A DNA stretch of 43,109 nucleotides from a virus. The stretch lies in the IMG/VR virus record IMGVR_UViG_3300005262_000003. One strand, 5' to 3'. The translations under genes were made by a program, and so were the position numbers. Below the pieces are notes generated by a model that was given only the letters and a program-made list of their open reading frames with translations, did no database searches and was not told the origin of the DNA. This document shows positions 32,451 to 40,654 of the stretch, one piece after another. The number at the start of each line of letters is the position of its first letter. The first letter of the stretch is position 1.

Positions 32451-33775
32451 AGTCCGTGCGCGCGCTGTTCGGCACTCCCGGCCTGCGCCGGCTGGCGACG
32501 CTCGCCGGCGGCGGCATCCGCGCGCTGTACCGGCCGTCGGTCGGCGACGCCATTGCGGTGGCCGGCTCCAACGTCTACCGTGTGGCCGCCGACTTCACGC
32601 CAACGCTGGTGGGCACGATCGACGCGCTCGACGCCCCCGTCTCGATCAAGGACAACGGCAACATCGCCCTACTCGGGACGGGCCCGAACGGGTACCAGCT
32701 GAACCTGGGCACGAACGCTCTGGTGCGCATCGATGACGAGGCGTTCTACGGCGGGCAGCGCGTCGACTACGCGAACAACGCCTTCATCCTCGACCGCCCC
32801 GGCACGTTCCAGTTCTATATATCGGCGGCCGACGGCTCGGTGACGTTCGACGCGCTCGACTTCGCCGCGGCGGACAGCAACGCCGAGCCTATCGTCTCCC
32901 ATATCGTCAACCACGGCCAGCTGCTGCTGTTCAAACGGACCGTGACCGAGGTGTGGAGCTACACCGGCGAGGCCGACTTCCCGTATACACGCGACGGCAA
33001 CGCGCTCATCGAACAGGGCTGCTGCGCGCCGCACTCGGTGGCCGACCTGGACAACAGCGTGTTCTGGCTGGGCGAGGACAAGACCGGCCAGGGCACCGTC
33101 TGGCGCCTGAACGGCTACTCGCCCGTGCGCGTGTCCCACGACGGCATCGAGCGCGCGATCCAGAGCTACGGCGACATCTCGGATGCCCGAGCCTTCGCCT
33201 ATACGCAGGAAGGCGAAACGCACTATGTGCTGAGCTTCCCCAGCGCGAACGCGACATGGGTCTACGGCGTGAAAGCTCAGCTCTGGCACGAGCGCGCATG
33301 GCTCGACCCGAGCGACGGCCAGCTGAACCGGCACCGCGCCAACTGCCACATGTTCTGGAGCGGCGAGCACGTGGTCGGCGACTGGGAGAACGGCAACCTG
33401 TACGCGCTGGACCTGGACTGCTACGACGACGACGGCAACCCGTTGCTGGCGCGGCGGGCGGCGGCGCACGTGGCCGACGGCGATTACCGGCGCATCCGCT
33501 ACCACGGCCTGCAGGTCGACATTGAGGCGGGCGTCGGCCTGCTCACTGGCCAGGGCAGCGACCCGCTGATGATGGTTCGCTGGTCGGACGACGGCGGGCA
33601 CACCTGGAGCACTCTGCGCACGATGTCGATGGGCCGCATCGCCGAGTTCAAGGCGCGCGCACGTCTTCGGCGCCTGGGCAGCAGTCGCGATCGCGTATTT
33701 GAGATCTCGATTTCCGATCCGGTGAAGCGCGTCATCCTCGGCGCCGCAGTGGACGCGGAGGGCCTGACGCGATGA
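32342..33775 (+). CDS. P22 gp10-like tail hub / packaged-DNA stabilisation protein
   Basis: 477 aa (P22 gp10 is about 470 aa). N-terminus ...YLSRSLNFSASRCINLYP and C-terminus ...ARLRRLGSSRDRVFEISISDPVKRVILGAAVDAEG resemble the gp10 termini. Confidence 0.65.
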   Translation: MRIPFVGGAYLSRSLNFSASRCINLYPVLDESGGNAKSVRALFGTPGLRRLATLAGGGIRALYRPSVGDAIAVAGSNVYRVAADFTPTLVGTIDALDAPVSIKDNGNIALLGTGPNGYQLNLGTNALVRIDDEAFYGGQRVDYANNAFILDRPGTFQFYISAADGSVTFDALDFAAADSNAEPIVSHIVNHGQLLLFKRTVTEVWSYTGEADFPYTRDGNALIEQGCCAPHSVADLDNSVFWLGEDKTGQGTVWRLNGYSPVRVSHDGIERAIQSYGDISDARAFAYTQEGETHYVLSFPSANATWVYGVKAQLWHERAWLDPSDGQLNRHRANCHMFWSGEHVVGDWENGNLYALDLDCYDDDGNPLLARRAAAHVADGDYRRIRYHGLQVDIEAGVGLLTGQGSDPLMMVRWSDDGGHTWSTLRTMSMGRIAEFKARARLRRLGSSRDRVFEISISDPVKRVILGAAVDAEGLTR

Positions 33776-34554
33776 GCAAGAACACCTTGAACCTGTTCCC
33801 GGCGCGCGTGGCGATCGGCAACGTGCAGCCGGACGGGACCGTGCTGATGACGCCGGAATTCTCGCGCGCGCTGACCGCCGTGCTGGCGCGGATCGGCGGC
33901 CCGAACGGAATGTCGTCGGACGACCTGGCCGCGCTGGCCGCCTTCGGTGTCGACGTGCCGGCGGCGTCCGATACCCGATCCCAGGACGTCGCGGCGGCGC
34001 TCACGTGGACGCAGTCGATTGACCGCAGGATCCTGGACGACATCCGGAAGGAAATCGCCATGATCCCGGACTATTCGGCCGCGTTCGGGTCGCTGGGCAC
34101 GATGGCCAGGCAGAACGCGAATGCCGTGGCCATCACGGGCGGCACGATCAACGGCACGTCCATCGGCGCAACCGCGCGCAACAGCGGCAGGTTCACGACC
34201 CTCAGCGCCGGCACGGGGTCACCCACGTACCGGTTTGTCGTCTCCAACAACGGCGCGGCCGGGCTCGAGTTCGACTCGGACGGCGCGGCTTTCGGAGCGG
34301 GCACGACCGGTGTGCTGGCCTATGACCGCGTGGCGGCCGGCTACGTCCCGCTCACCGTTGCCGCGTCCACGATTTCCCTGCGCGCGACGAACACGACGCG
34401 GATCTCTGTCAACGGCACGGGCATCGGCTTCTTCGGCGCCACCCCCGTTGCAAAACCGACCGTTACGGGCTCGCGCGGCGGCAATGCGGCGCTCGCATCC
34501 GCGCTGACCGCATGGGCCTCGCTGGGACTGATCACCGACAGCACGACCGCATAA
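33772..34554 (+). CDS. Tail fibre/needle-type protein, 260 aa
   Basis: ATGA-coupled. C-terminal GFFGATPVAKPTVTGSRGGNAALASALTAWASLGLITD motif is common at tail-fibre C-termini. Confidence 0.55.
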   Translation: MSKNTLNLFPARVAIGNVQPDGTVLMTPEFSRALTAVLARIGGPNGMSSDDLAALAAFGVDVPAASDTRSQDVAAALTWTQSIDRRILDDIRKEIAMIPDYSAAFGSLGTMARQNANAVAITGGTINGTSIGATARNSGRFTTLSAGTGSPTYRFVVSNNGAAGLEFDSDGAAFGAGTTGVLAYDRVAAGYVPLTVAASTISLRATNTTRISVNGTGIGFFGATPVAKPTVTGSRGGNAALASALTAWASLGLITDSTTA

Positions 34555-34575
34555 CAACCACCTGAAAGGACCACC

Positions 34576-34899
34576 ATGGCAGTCAACCCGTACATCTTCG
34601 ACGGCGCGGTGCTGGGCGCGGCGCTGGCCGACATGGGCACGACAGTGCCCGCCCTGACCAAACGAATCATCAAATCCGCATCGCTGGTCAACACGACGGC
34701 CGCGCCCATCGCTGGCACGGTCGCTTTCGTGGCGCCCGACGGCACCACGGTCATCACGCACATCTCGGCGCGCCCGATCGCCGCGGGCGAAAGCTACCCG
34801 TGCTTCGAACTGATCAACAAGGGCCTGAACCCCGGCGGGAAAGTCCAGGCCATGGGCGCCGGCCTGACCTTCATGTACACCGCAACCGACATCGTATAA
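34576..34899 (+). CDS. Hypothetical tail-module protein, 107 aa
   Basis: GAAAGGA Shine-Dalgarno. ORF track. Confidence 0.6.
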   Translation: MAVNPYIFDGAVLGAALADMGTTVPALTKRIIKSASLVNTTAAPIAGTVAFVAPDGTTVITHISARPIAAGESYPCFELINKGLNPGGKVQAMGAGLTFMYTATDIV

Positions 34900-34909
34900 G
34901 GACTACCCG

Positions 34910-37186
34910 ATGCCTACCACCACCCTCATGCCGGAAGGCCGACAGCGCTACTACAACAACGACGGCACGCCGGCGGCCGGCTGCAAGCTGTACACCTATG
35001 CCGCCGGCACGACGACGCCGAAAGCCGTGTACCAGGACGCCGCCGGCACGGTCCCGCACCAGTGGCCGATCACATTGGACGCGAAAGGCGAAGCCGCGAT
35101 TTTCTGGGATGGCGCGTACAAGGTCGACCTGAAGACCGCCGCGGGCCAGCAGGTCAGCGGATACCCGGTCGACAACTACAGCACCGACCCAGCCGGTCTG
35201 CAGAACATTTCGCCACAGCTGGCCGCGCCGACCGGCTCGAATCTCGTCGGCTTCAATGCATCGGGTGCTGGCGCCCAGCTGCGCACGCTGCTCGATCGCG
35301 GCCGGGATTCCGTGAGCGCGTTCGACTTCATGACGTCGGCCCAGATCGCCAACGTGCGCAACGGCGTCCCGACCGACGTCACTACGGCACTGCAGAATGC
35401 CCTGGCGTGCTTCACGACGTTCGCCGGCGAGGTGATCCTGCCGCCCGGGAACTATCGGATCTCGCAACCGATCGTCACCACCGGCAAGGGCATGCGCATT
35501 CGCGGTGCGTCCCGGTACGGCACGTATATCACCGCGCCCGACCTGGCCGTGTTCGACATGCTGCGCATCGCGCACCAGCAGTGCGAGGTGTCGAACATTA
35601 TTTTCCGCCCGTCGACGGCCTCGCAGGCCCCGATCAGGGTCTATGCCGGCCGTGCTCATATCCACGACTGCTATCTGCTGTCGGGATCGAACAATGGCGG
35701 GACCGGCATTCTGTTGACCGACATCGATCCGGTCACGAGCGCGTTTGTGCCCGGCGCATACGCGCACACGATCGACAACAACACCATCGGGGACGCCGGC
35801 TTCGCCTTCGCCAACGGCATTACCGAGACCACCACGCAGGGTCTCCAAATCTGCCGCTTCCACCGGAACAACATCCTGTCGAACCGGCCCATCAAGGTAA
35901 ACAAGGGCGGTGCGAACTCGTACTTCGCGAACCTGCTGCAGAGCTCCAGCGGCGCCGCCGGCGCGCAGGTCGGCGTCGGCATCACGCTGGGCCCGAACGT
36001 CGTGGGCGAGAAGATCGGTCACAACTACCTGGAGCTGTTCCAAGCGCAGATCGAGGCGCAGAGCGCCGACAACACGTACCAGCTGTTCCACGCGATCGCG
36101 AACCACAACGACAACTGCACCGCGTCGGTGTCCGATGCCGGTGCGAAGAACTACGTCATCGAGGATCCGGTCGGGAAGGTGGAAAACCGGTTCGGCTGGT
36201 CGACGCGCTACACGGCCACGCAGTACGGCGTCAACACGCCGAGCGGCGTGAGTGGCTTCGGGATGGACACAAACGGCAACTGCTTCATGGGCGTGTCGTC
36301 CGGTTCGTCGCACATCATCAACAAGCCTGGCCTGGCCGAGGCGGGCGTGATCTTGACGCTGCAGGGCGCGGGCACGACGGCCGCCTACTTTCAGCACGTC
36401 ACCGCTGGGCCGATCAACGGTGCGCCCACTGGACTGGCCACCGGCAAGCACTCGAGCAATGGCCGTTCGATCAACGCGGCCGGCACGGTGAACACCAGCG
36501 GGGCCGACTATGCCGAATATATGCGCAAGGCGCCCGGCGTGGGCACGATTGCGAAAGGTCAGATTGTCGGTGTGACGGCCAACGGCGAAATCACGGATCG
36601 TTTCGCGGATTCCGTCACGTTCGCCACTAAGTCGACTGACCCGTCCTACGTCGGCGGCGACACGTGGGCGGCCGATCTCGGCCTGCGTCCCGTCGAACCC
36701 GTGTACGTCGAACCGGATTACGAAGGCATCACGGCAGGCCGCACGCCGTACCCGCCTGAAGAACTCGGCATTCCGGACGTGGACGCAAAGCGCATGGAGA
36801 ACTTCGAAAAGGCGCTGGAAAACTGGAAGGCCGTGGCCGCGCAGGAAGAGGCCGACCGCGCTGCATATGCCGCCTTGATCGACAAGCTGCGCGCCGATTA
36901 CAAGGCCGCCATGCAGGACTGGGAAGCGGACGCCAAGAAATACGATGAGGACCACGAAGCGGTGCGCGCCACGGTCGACCGGATCGCATTTGCTGGCCGA
37001 GTGCCGGTCAACGTGTACGGCGCCCAGCCGGGCCAGTACATCGTGCCCGTGCAGGACGGCGACGGCATCAAGGGCGTGCCCATGAACGAAGCGGATATGA
37101 CGCTGACGAACTACATGCGCGCCGTCGGCAAGGTCATCACGGTCGAGGCCGACGGCCGCGCTGTCGTGATCGTGAAGACCGCATGA
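34910..37186 (+). CDS. Tailspike: conserved N-terminal anchor, pectate-lyase-like beta-helix, C-terminal Peptidase_G2/intramolecular-chaperone-like domain
   Basis: N-terminus YYNNDGTPAAGCKLYTYAAGTTTPKAVYQDAAGT; FDFMTSAQIANVRNG...ILPPGNYRISQPIV; TSGADYAEYMRK...GQIVGVTANGEITD. Confidence 0.8.
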   Translation: MPTTTLMPEGRQRYYNNDGTPAAGCKLYTYAAGTTTPKAVYQDAAGTVPHQWPITLDAKGEAAIFWDGAYKVDLKTAAGQQVSGYPVDNYSTDPAGLQNISPQLAAPTGSNLVGFNASGAGAQLRTLLDRGRDSVSAFDFMTSAQIANVRNGVPTDVTTALQNALACFTTFAGEVILPPGNYRISQPIVTTGKGMRIRGASRYGTYITAPDLAVFDMLRIAHQQCEVSNIIFRPSTASQAPIRVYAGRAHIHDCYLLSGSNNGGTGILLTDIDPVTSAFVPGAYAHTIDNNTIGDAGFAFANGITETTTQGLQICRFHRNNILSNRPIKVNKGGANSYFANLLQSSSGAAGAQVGVGITLGPNVVGEKIGHNYLELFQAQIEAQSADNTYQLFHAIANHNDNCTASVSDAGAKNYVIEDPVGKVENRFGWSTRYTATQYGVNTPSGVSGFGMDTNGNCFMGVSSGSSHIINKPGLAEAGVILTLQGAGTTAAYFQHVTAGPINGAPTGLATGKHSSNGRSINAAGTVNTSGADYAEYMRKAPGVGTIAKGQIVGVTANGEITDRFADSVTFATKSTDPSYVGGDTWAADLGLRPVEPVYVEPDYEGITAGRTPYPPEELGIPDVDAKRMENFEKALENWKAVAAQEEADRAAYAALIDKLRADYKAAMQDWEADAKKYDEDHEAVRATVDRIAFAGRVPVNVYGAQPGQYIVPVQDGDGIKGVPMNEADMTLTNYMRAVGKVITVEADGRAVVIVKTA

Positions 37187-37195
37187 GGCCAACCA

Positions 37196-37444
37196 ATGAC
37201 CACCTCCATGACTGAACAACAAAACGCCATCGCCCTGGCTGCTCTGCAGGTCGAAGTCACGTATTTGAAGGTCGCAGTATCCGACCTGCGCGCCACCAAC
37301 ACCCTGCAGAACGAAAAGCTGGACAAGGTGCTCGCGCAGCTGGCGGAAGCCCGCGGCGGCTGGCGCACGCTGATGCTGATCGGCGGTGCCGCCGGCTCAA
37401 TCGGCAGCGGCCTGACCTGGATTCTTTCTCACCTGAAGGCCTGA
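37196..37444 (+). CDS. Membrane protein, 82 aa, with N-terminal coiled coil and C-terminal TM (lysis-associated?)
   Basis: WRTLMLIGGAAGSIGSGLTWILSHL hydrophobic tail. Immediately upstream of the endolysin. Confidence 0.6.
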   Translation: MTTSMTEQQNAIALAALQVEVTYLKVAVSDLRATNTLQNEKLDKVLAQLAEARGGWRTLMLIGGAAGSIGSGLTWILSHLKA

Positions 37445-37446
37445 CC

Positions 37447-37863
37447 ATGAACCGTGAAAAACTCGCTGCACAGCTCACCATCGACGAGGGCCGGCGCGCG
37501 CTGGTCTACATCGACACCGTCGGCAAGCTGACGGGCGGCGTCGGCCGCAACCTGACCGACCGTCCTTTCTTCGACGACGAAATCGCCCTGATGCTCAAGA
37601 ACGATATCGATCTGGCGGAAAAGGATCTCGACCGCTTTATCCCGTGGTGGCGGCAACTGTCGGAGGCGCGCCAGAACGTGCTGGCCAACATGTGCTTCAA
37701 CCTGGGCATCAAGCGCCTGCTGCTCTTCGTGAACATGCTGGACCACGCGCGCGCCGGCCGCTACACCGAGGCGGCCGCCGAGATGCTGGATTCGAAATGG
37801 GCCAAGCAGGTCGGCGATCGCGCCCGCCGCCTGGCCGAACTCATGCGTAAAGGAGAATTTTGA
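37447..37863 (+). CDS. Endolysin, T4-lysozyme-like (GH24)
   Basis: LTIDEGRRALVYIDTVGKLTGGVGRNL carries the E...D...T catalytic triad spacing of GH24 lysozymes. Confidence 0.9.
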   Translation: MNREKLAAQLTIDEGRRALVYIDTVGKLTGGVGRNLTDRPFFDDEIALMLKNDIDLAEKDLDRFIPWWRQLSEARQNVLANMCFNLGIKRLLLFVNMLDHARAGRYTEAAAEMLDSKWAKQVGDRARRLAELMRKGEF

Positions 37864-38390
37864 TGGACCCGATTACGATCGCCATGGCGCTTGCGCAGTT
37901 CGCGCCGTCCCTGGTCAAACTCCTCACCGGCAGCGATAAGGCGGCGGACGTCGCCGGCAAGGTCGTCGACATTGCCAAGACCGTCACCGGCGCCGACACC
38001 GGCGAGGCCGCGCTGGCGGCCATCCAGGCCGATCCGAACAAGGTGCTGGAGTTCCGCCAGGCCGTAGGCGCCCAGCAGGTCGATCTCGAGAAGGCTTATC
38101 TGGCAGACCGCGTCGACGCACGCGCGCACGACACGGAAGTGCGCAAGATGAATGCCGGCCACAACTACCGCGCCGACATGGCCGTGATGGCAGTCGTCGT
38201 CGGGCTGATTGCCTGCCTCTATGTGCTGGTCCAGTTCAAGGGCCAGATGCCGGGCGAAGCGGTCGGCATCCTGTCCACCATTGCCGGCATTCTGGGGTCC
38301 TGTCTGAAGGATTATTTCGCCTTCGAATTCGGCAGCTCGCGCAGCTCGCGCGAGAAGGACGAGACGATCAGCAAGATGGCAGGGGTGTGA
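37860..38390 (+). CDS. Holin, three-TM type (GTA-holin-like)
   Basis: ATGA-coupled to the endolysin. N-terminus DPITIAMALAQFAPSLVKLL plus two C-terminal TM segments. IQADPNKVLEFRQA motif recalled from the 3TM holin family. Confidence 0.65.
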   Translation: MMDPITIAMALAQFAPSLVKLLTGSDKAADVAGKVVDIAKTVTGADTGEAALAAIQADPNKVLEFRQAVGAQQVDLEKAYLADRVDARAHDTEVRKMNAGHNYRADMAVMAVVVGLIACLYVLVQFKGQMPGEAVGILSTIAGILGSCLKDYFAFEFGSSRSSREKDETISKMAGV

Positions 38391-38533
38391 TGGACTTCCA
38401 CGTCATCACGCCGACCGAGCAGCAGCTCGTCATGCGGACGACGGAAGGCGGGTACGTGCACCAGGTGTGGCCGGCGCCTCCGTCGTCGCTCCCGGCCGAC
38501 GCCGCGCCGGCTCAGCCAGCACCCGGCAGATGA
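38390..38533 (+). CDS. Mini-ORF, 47 aa, coupled to the holin
   Basis: TGATG overlap. Hand translation MDFHVITPTEQQLVMRTTEGGYVHQVWPAPPSSLPADAAPAQPAPGR. Very high GC3. No TM or lipobox. Confidence 0.45.
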   Translation: MDFHVITPTEQQLVMRTTEGGYVHQVWPAPPSSLPADAAPAQPAPGR

Positions 38534-38648
38534 GCGCGAAGCCCGCGCCGTGGTCGGCCAGGTAGGCGGCCGCGGCGCGCACGTCGCCCATGGTCAGCGC
38601 GTGGTCGACTGCGGCGGCAAGTTCGGTGTTCGGGCGGCTCAGTTCCAT
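38430..38648 (-). CDS. Hypothetical small protein, 72 aa (80 aa from GTG 38672)
   Basis: MELSRPNTELAAAVDHALTMGDVRAAAAYLADHGAGFALICRVL... Divergent from 38737-39033 across the LexA box. The 3' third overlaps the 47-aa ORF convergently. Confidence 0.45.
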   Translation of the reverse strand: MELSRPNTELAAAVDHALTMGDVRAAAAYLADHGAGFALICRVLAEPARRRPGATTEAPATPGARTRLPSSA

Positions 38649-38702
38649 GCGCCGATCATACGGTAGGCGCACCGCCGGCAGGTTGCGGCTGGTCAGCCGT
38701 TA

Positions 38703-38722
38703 TACTGTACGCTCATACAGTA
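38703..38722. promoter_or_regulatory. LexA (SOS) box
   Basis: TACTGTACGCTCATACAGTA fits CTGT-N8-ACAG, with perfect 8-bp arms ATACTGTA / TACAGTAT (38702-38709, 38716-38723). Confidence 0.75.
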
Positions 38723-38736
38723 TTTTCAACATCAGC

Positions 38737-39033
38737 ATGTACGGAAAAGTGAAGCGCCTGCGCGACCATGGGCGGCGCCTGTCGAACCGCGAGATCAACC
38801 AGATGCCAGCCGTCGAAGGCGCGCTCACGCTCGCCGCAGTGCGGTCAACCTACGTCCTTCAGGTCCGGCGGCACGATTCCCAGGTCGGGCCAGGGTTGCT
38901 GCCGGACCTCTACGAAGCCCGCCTCATCGCCATGCATACGGGCGGAATGCTATTCAGGGGCGAGGAGCGGCCGCAGGGCGACGACGGCCCGGCGTACGTG
39001 CAGGAGTGGTCGGTGATGATCGAGCCAATGTAA
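38737..39033 (+). CDS. Hypothetical protein, 98 aa, downstream of the LexA box
   Basis: Internal ATG of ORF 38590-39033, 14 nt after the box. About 85% G/C at third positions by hand count. No recognisable Shine-Dalgarno. Confidence 0.55.
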   Translation: MYGKVKRLRDHGRRLSNREINQMPAVEGALTLAAVRSTYVLQVRRHDSQVGPGLLPDLYEARLIAMHTGGMLFRGEERPQGDDGPAYVQEWSVMIEPM

Positions 39034-39176
39034 AATCGCGTACCGGGCGACGGCCCTATTTCTTTGGAAGATGCCCGTAAGGGCCAAGCATTCATGCGGG
39101 TTTCAGCGGCGTCGATCTTCCAAAGAATTCATCCGCACCTTTAGGAAAATCAATTACTTAGATGCTTTTGGGCATC

Positions 39177-39224
39177 GGATTGTGATTCCTGTTGTCGTGG
39201 GTTCGAGTCCCATCAGCCACCCCA
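39177..39224 (+). other. attP core: 3' portion of a tRNA-His gene (anticodon loop through CCA), not an intact tRNA
   Basis: GGATTGTGATTCCTGTTGTCGTGGGTTCGAGTCCCATCAGCCACCCCA matches the tRNA-His 3' half (GTG anticodon, C73 discriminator, CCA). No complementary 5' acceptor strand (GTGGCTG) lies upstream. Confidence 0.8.
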
Positions 39225-39243
39225 AGAATTCAGCAATAAGATC

Positions 39244-39284
39244 AAAGGGTTACGAGCTTCGCGCCGTAGCCCTTTAATTTTTTT
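39244..39284 (+). terminator. Intrinsic terminator downstream of the tRNA fragment
   Basis: 11-bp stem aaagggttacg / cgtagcccttt (one G-U pair), 10-nt loop, then aattttttt. Confidence 0.65.
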
Positions 39285-39318
39285 GGAAGATGAAATTCCA
39301 AATTTTGGAAGATCATTG

Positions 39319-40419
39319 TTACGCGGTCGCCTTGGCCGTCTTCTTCTTCCGCCTGTCGTACACCTGCCGCACCATGCGATCCGTGCTGTGTCCGGTAGCG
39401 TTCGTGATGTCTTTATCCCCCTCTTCTACCCGGTCCGTGACAGCCGCCGGCCGCATGTCCTTCAACGTGAACCGCGCGAACTCGATCCCTTCTTTTTCCG
39501 CCTTCTTCCGCGCGTGCTCCATCAACCGGCGCAGGTTCGTGTTCCAGCCGCTGGTCGTGTAGGGTTGCCCCTCACTGTTGCCGAAAACATACATGCTGGT
39601 CGTGCGCTGCAGGGACAGTGCCTCGCTCATGACCGCGCGCAGCTCGTCCGACCACTCGATCACCTTGAACTTTTGCACACTTCCCTTCTTCCGCTTGCCG
39701 ACCGGCATTTCGACCCCCTGCTCCGTGATCGCCTGGCGCGTGATTTTCCGCATCTCGTCCGGACGGCTCACCGTCAGGTAGGCCGCGCGCAAGCACAGCG
39801 CCGCCACCACGTACATCCCGCCGCGCTCCCGCGCCACGCGCACGACCAGGTCGAGCTCGGTCGACGTCACATAGCGGGTGTCCGGCGTCGTCTTGTTGTA
39901 CTTGATGTCGCGGCAGGGGTTCGTCTCCAGCACACCCTTACGGCGGCCGAACTCCAGCACAGCCGACAGCAGCGCGATTTCCTTGTTCGCCTTCGCCGGC
40001 GCGCCTTCAGCGGCCCGGCCGTCCAGATACTTATAGATGTGCACCGGCTTGATGACCGCCGGCTTCACCTTGCCGAATGTCTTCAGCAGGCGCTTTGCCT
40101 CGTTGTGCTCGTTCTCGTCCAGGGTGCTGTCGGCCTTGCGTTCCTCGCTGTCGCGCGGCAAGGCGCGCTGCCACGCGAAGTAGCGGCGGAACAGCGCATC
40201 GGTCTCGCCGGTCTCCACCTGGACGCCGTTCAGCTCGTTGGCGCGCTCGATCGCCTCGGTGCGGATCCGCGCGCACGCTTCCTTGTCGCTGGTGGCGGCC
40301 GTCAAGCGGAACGCCCACTTCCCGTCCGGCAGCTTGTAGCCGTAGCTCACCTTGAACTTACCGAGGCGCTCGTACAGGCGGAACGGCATGCCGTCCGGTG
40401 ATTTTCTTCTTCCGATCAT
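39319..40419 (-). CDS. int: Tyrosine integrase
   Basis: 366 aa. C-terminal ATGHSTDRMVRQVYDRR (H-x-x-R ... Y). Adjacent to attP and xis. Confidence 0.9.
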   Translation of the reverse strand: MIGRRKSPDGMPFRLYERLGKFKVSYGYKLPDGKWAFRLTAATSDKEACARIRTEAIERANELNGVQVETGETDALFRRYFAWQRALPRDSEERKADSTLDENEHNEAKRLLKTFGKVKPAVIKPVHIYKYLDGRAAEGAPAKANKEIALLSAVLEFGRRKGVLETNPCRDIKYNKTTPDTRYVTSTELDLVVRVARERGGMYVVAALCLRAAYLTVSRPDEMRKITRQAITEQGVEMPVGKRKKGSVQKFKVIEWSDELRAVMSEALSLQRTTSMYVFGNSEGQPYTTSGWNTNLRRLMEHARKKAEKEGIEFARFTLKDMRPAAVTDRVEEGDKDITNATGHSTDRMVRQVYDRRKKKTAKATA

Positions 40420-40652
40420 TGCGAAAACATACTGAAGTCAGGTTCGGCGTCGGCGACTGGTGCCGGGCCTGGGGCGGCGGCGCCGCTCAGCCGGGCGTCA
40501 TGATACGCGCGGCTCACGCGCGGGAATCCGCGAAGGTTCGGTTCGAACGGCCACCCGTGCCGGTCCAGGTAGCGGCGCATGCACGCGAAGCTGGTGGGCG
40601 CGCAGCCGATCAGCTCGGCCAGCTCGTCGGCGGTGAGGTAATTGGTCGGCAT
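40416..40652 (-). CDS. xis: Excisionase / AlpA-like HTH protein
   Basis: Internal ATG 40652 with a GGAG Shine-Dalgarno. MPTNYLTADELAELIGCAPTSFACMRRYLDRHGWPF. ATGA overlap with int. Confidence 0.7.
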   Translation of the reverse strand: MPTNYLTADELAELIGCAPTSFACMRRYLDRHGWPFEPNLRGFPRVSRAYHDARLSGAAAPGPAPVADAEPDFSMFSQ

Positions 40653-40654
40653 GG

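Larger units (their letters stand above)
39063..39314. other. attP region with four arm-type repeats TTTGGAAGAT(G/C)
   Basis: Copies at 39063-39073 (+), 39114-39125 (inverted), 39282-39292 (+) and 39304-39314 (+) flank the tRNA-His-derived core. AAGAATTCA also repeats at 39123-39131 and 39224-39232. Confidence 0.65.

Noticed and set aside
33772-37186. Diversity-generating retroelement, as found in BPP-1-type phages (template/variable repeat pair plus reverse transcriptase near the tail-fibre gene).
   Set aside because: No ORF in the window has reverse-transcriptase motifs. I saw no ~100-bp imperfect repeat of the tail-fibre 3' end. A computational repeat search would be needed to exclude this fully.
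38768-39016. 82-aa alternative-frame ORF within 38737-39033.
   Set aside because: Third-position G+C favours the 38737 frame. This frame gives an Arg/Ser/Cys-rich peptide typical of off-frame translation.
39140-39230. Possible intact tRNA (or tmRNA) gene.
   Set aside because: Only the anticodon loop, variable region, T-arm and 3' acceptor strand of tRNA-His are present. There is no complementary 5' acceptor strand or D-arm upstream. I interpret it as the attP core.
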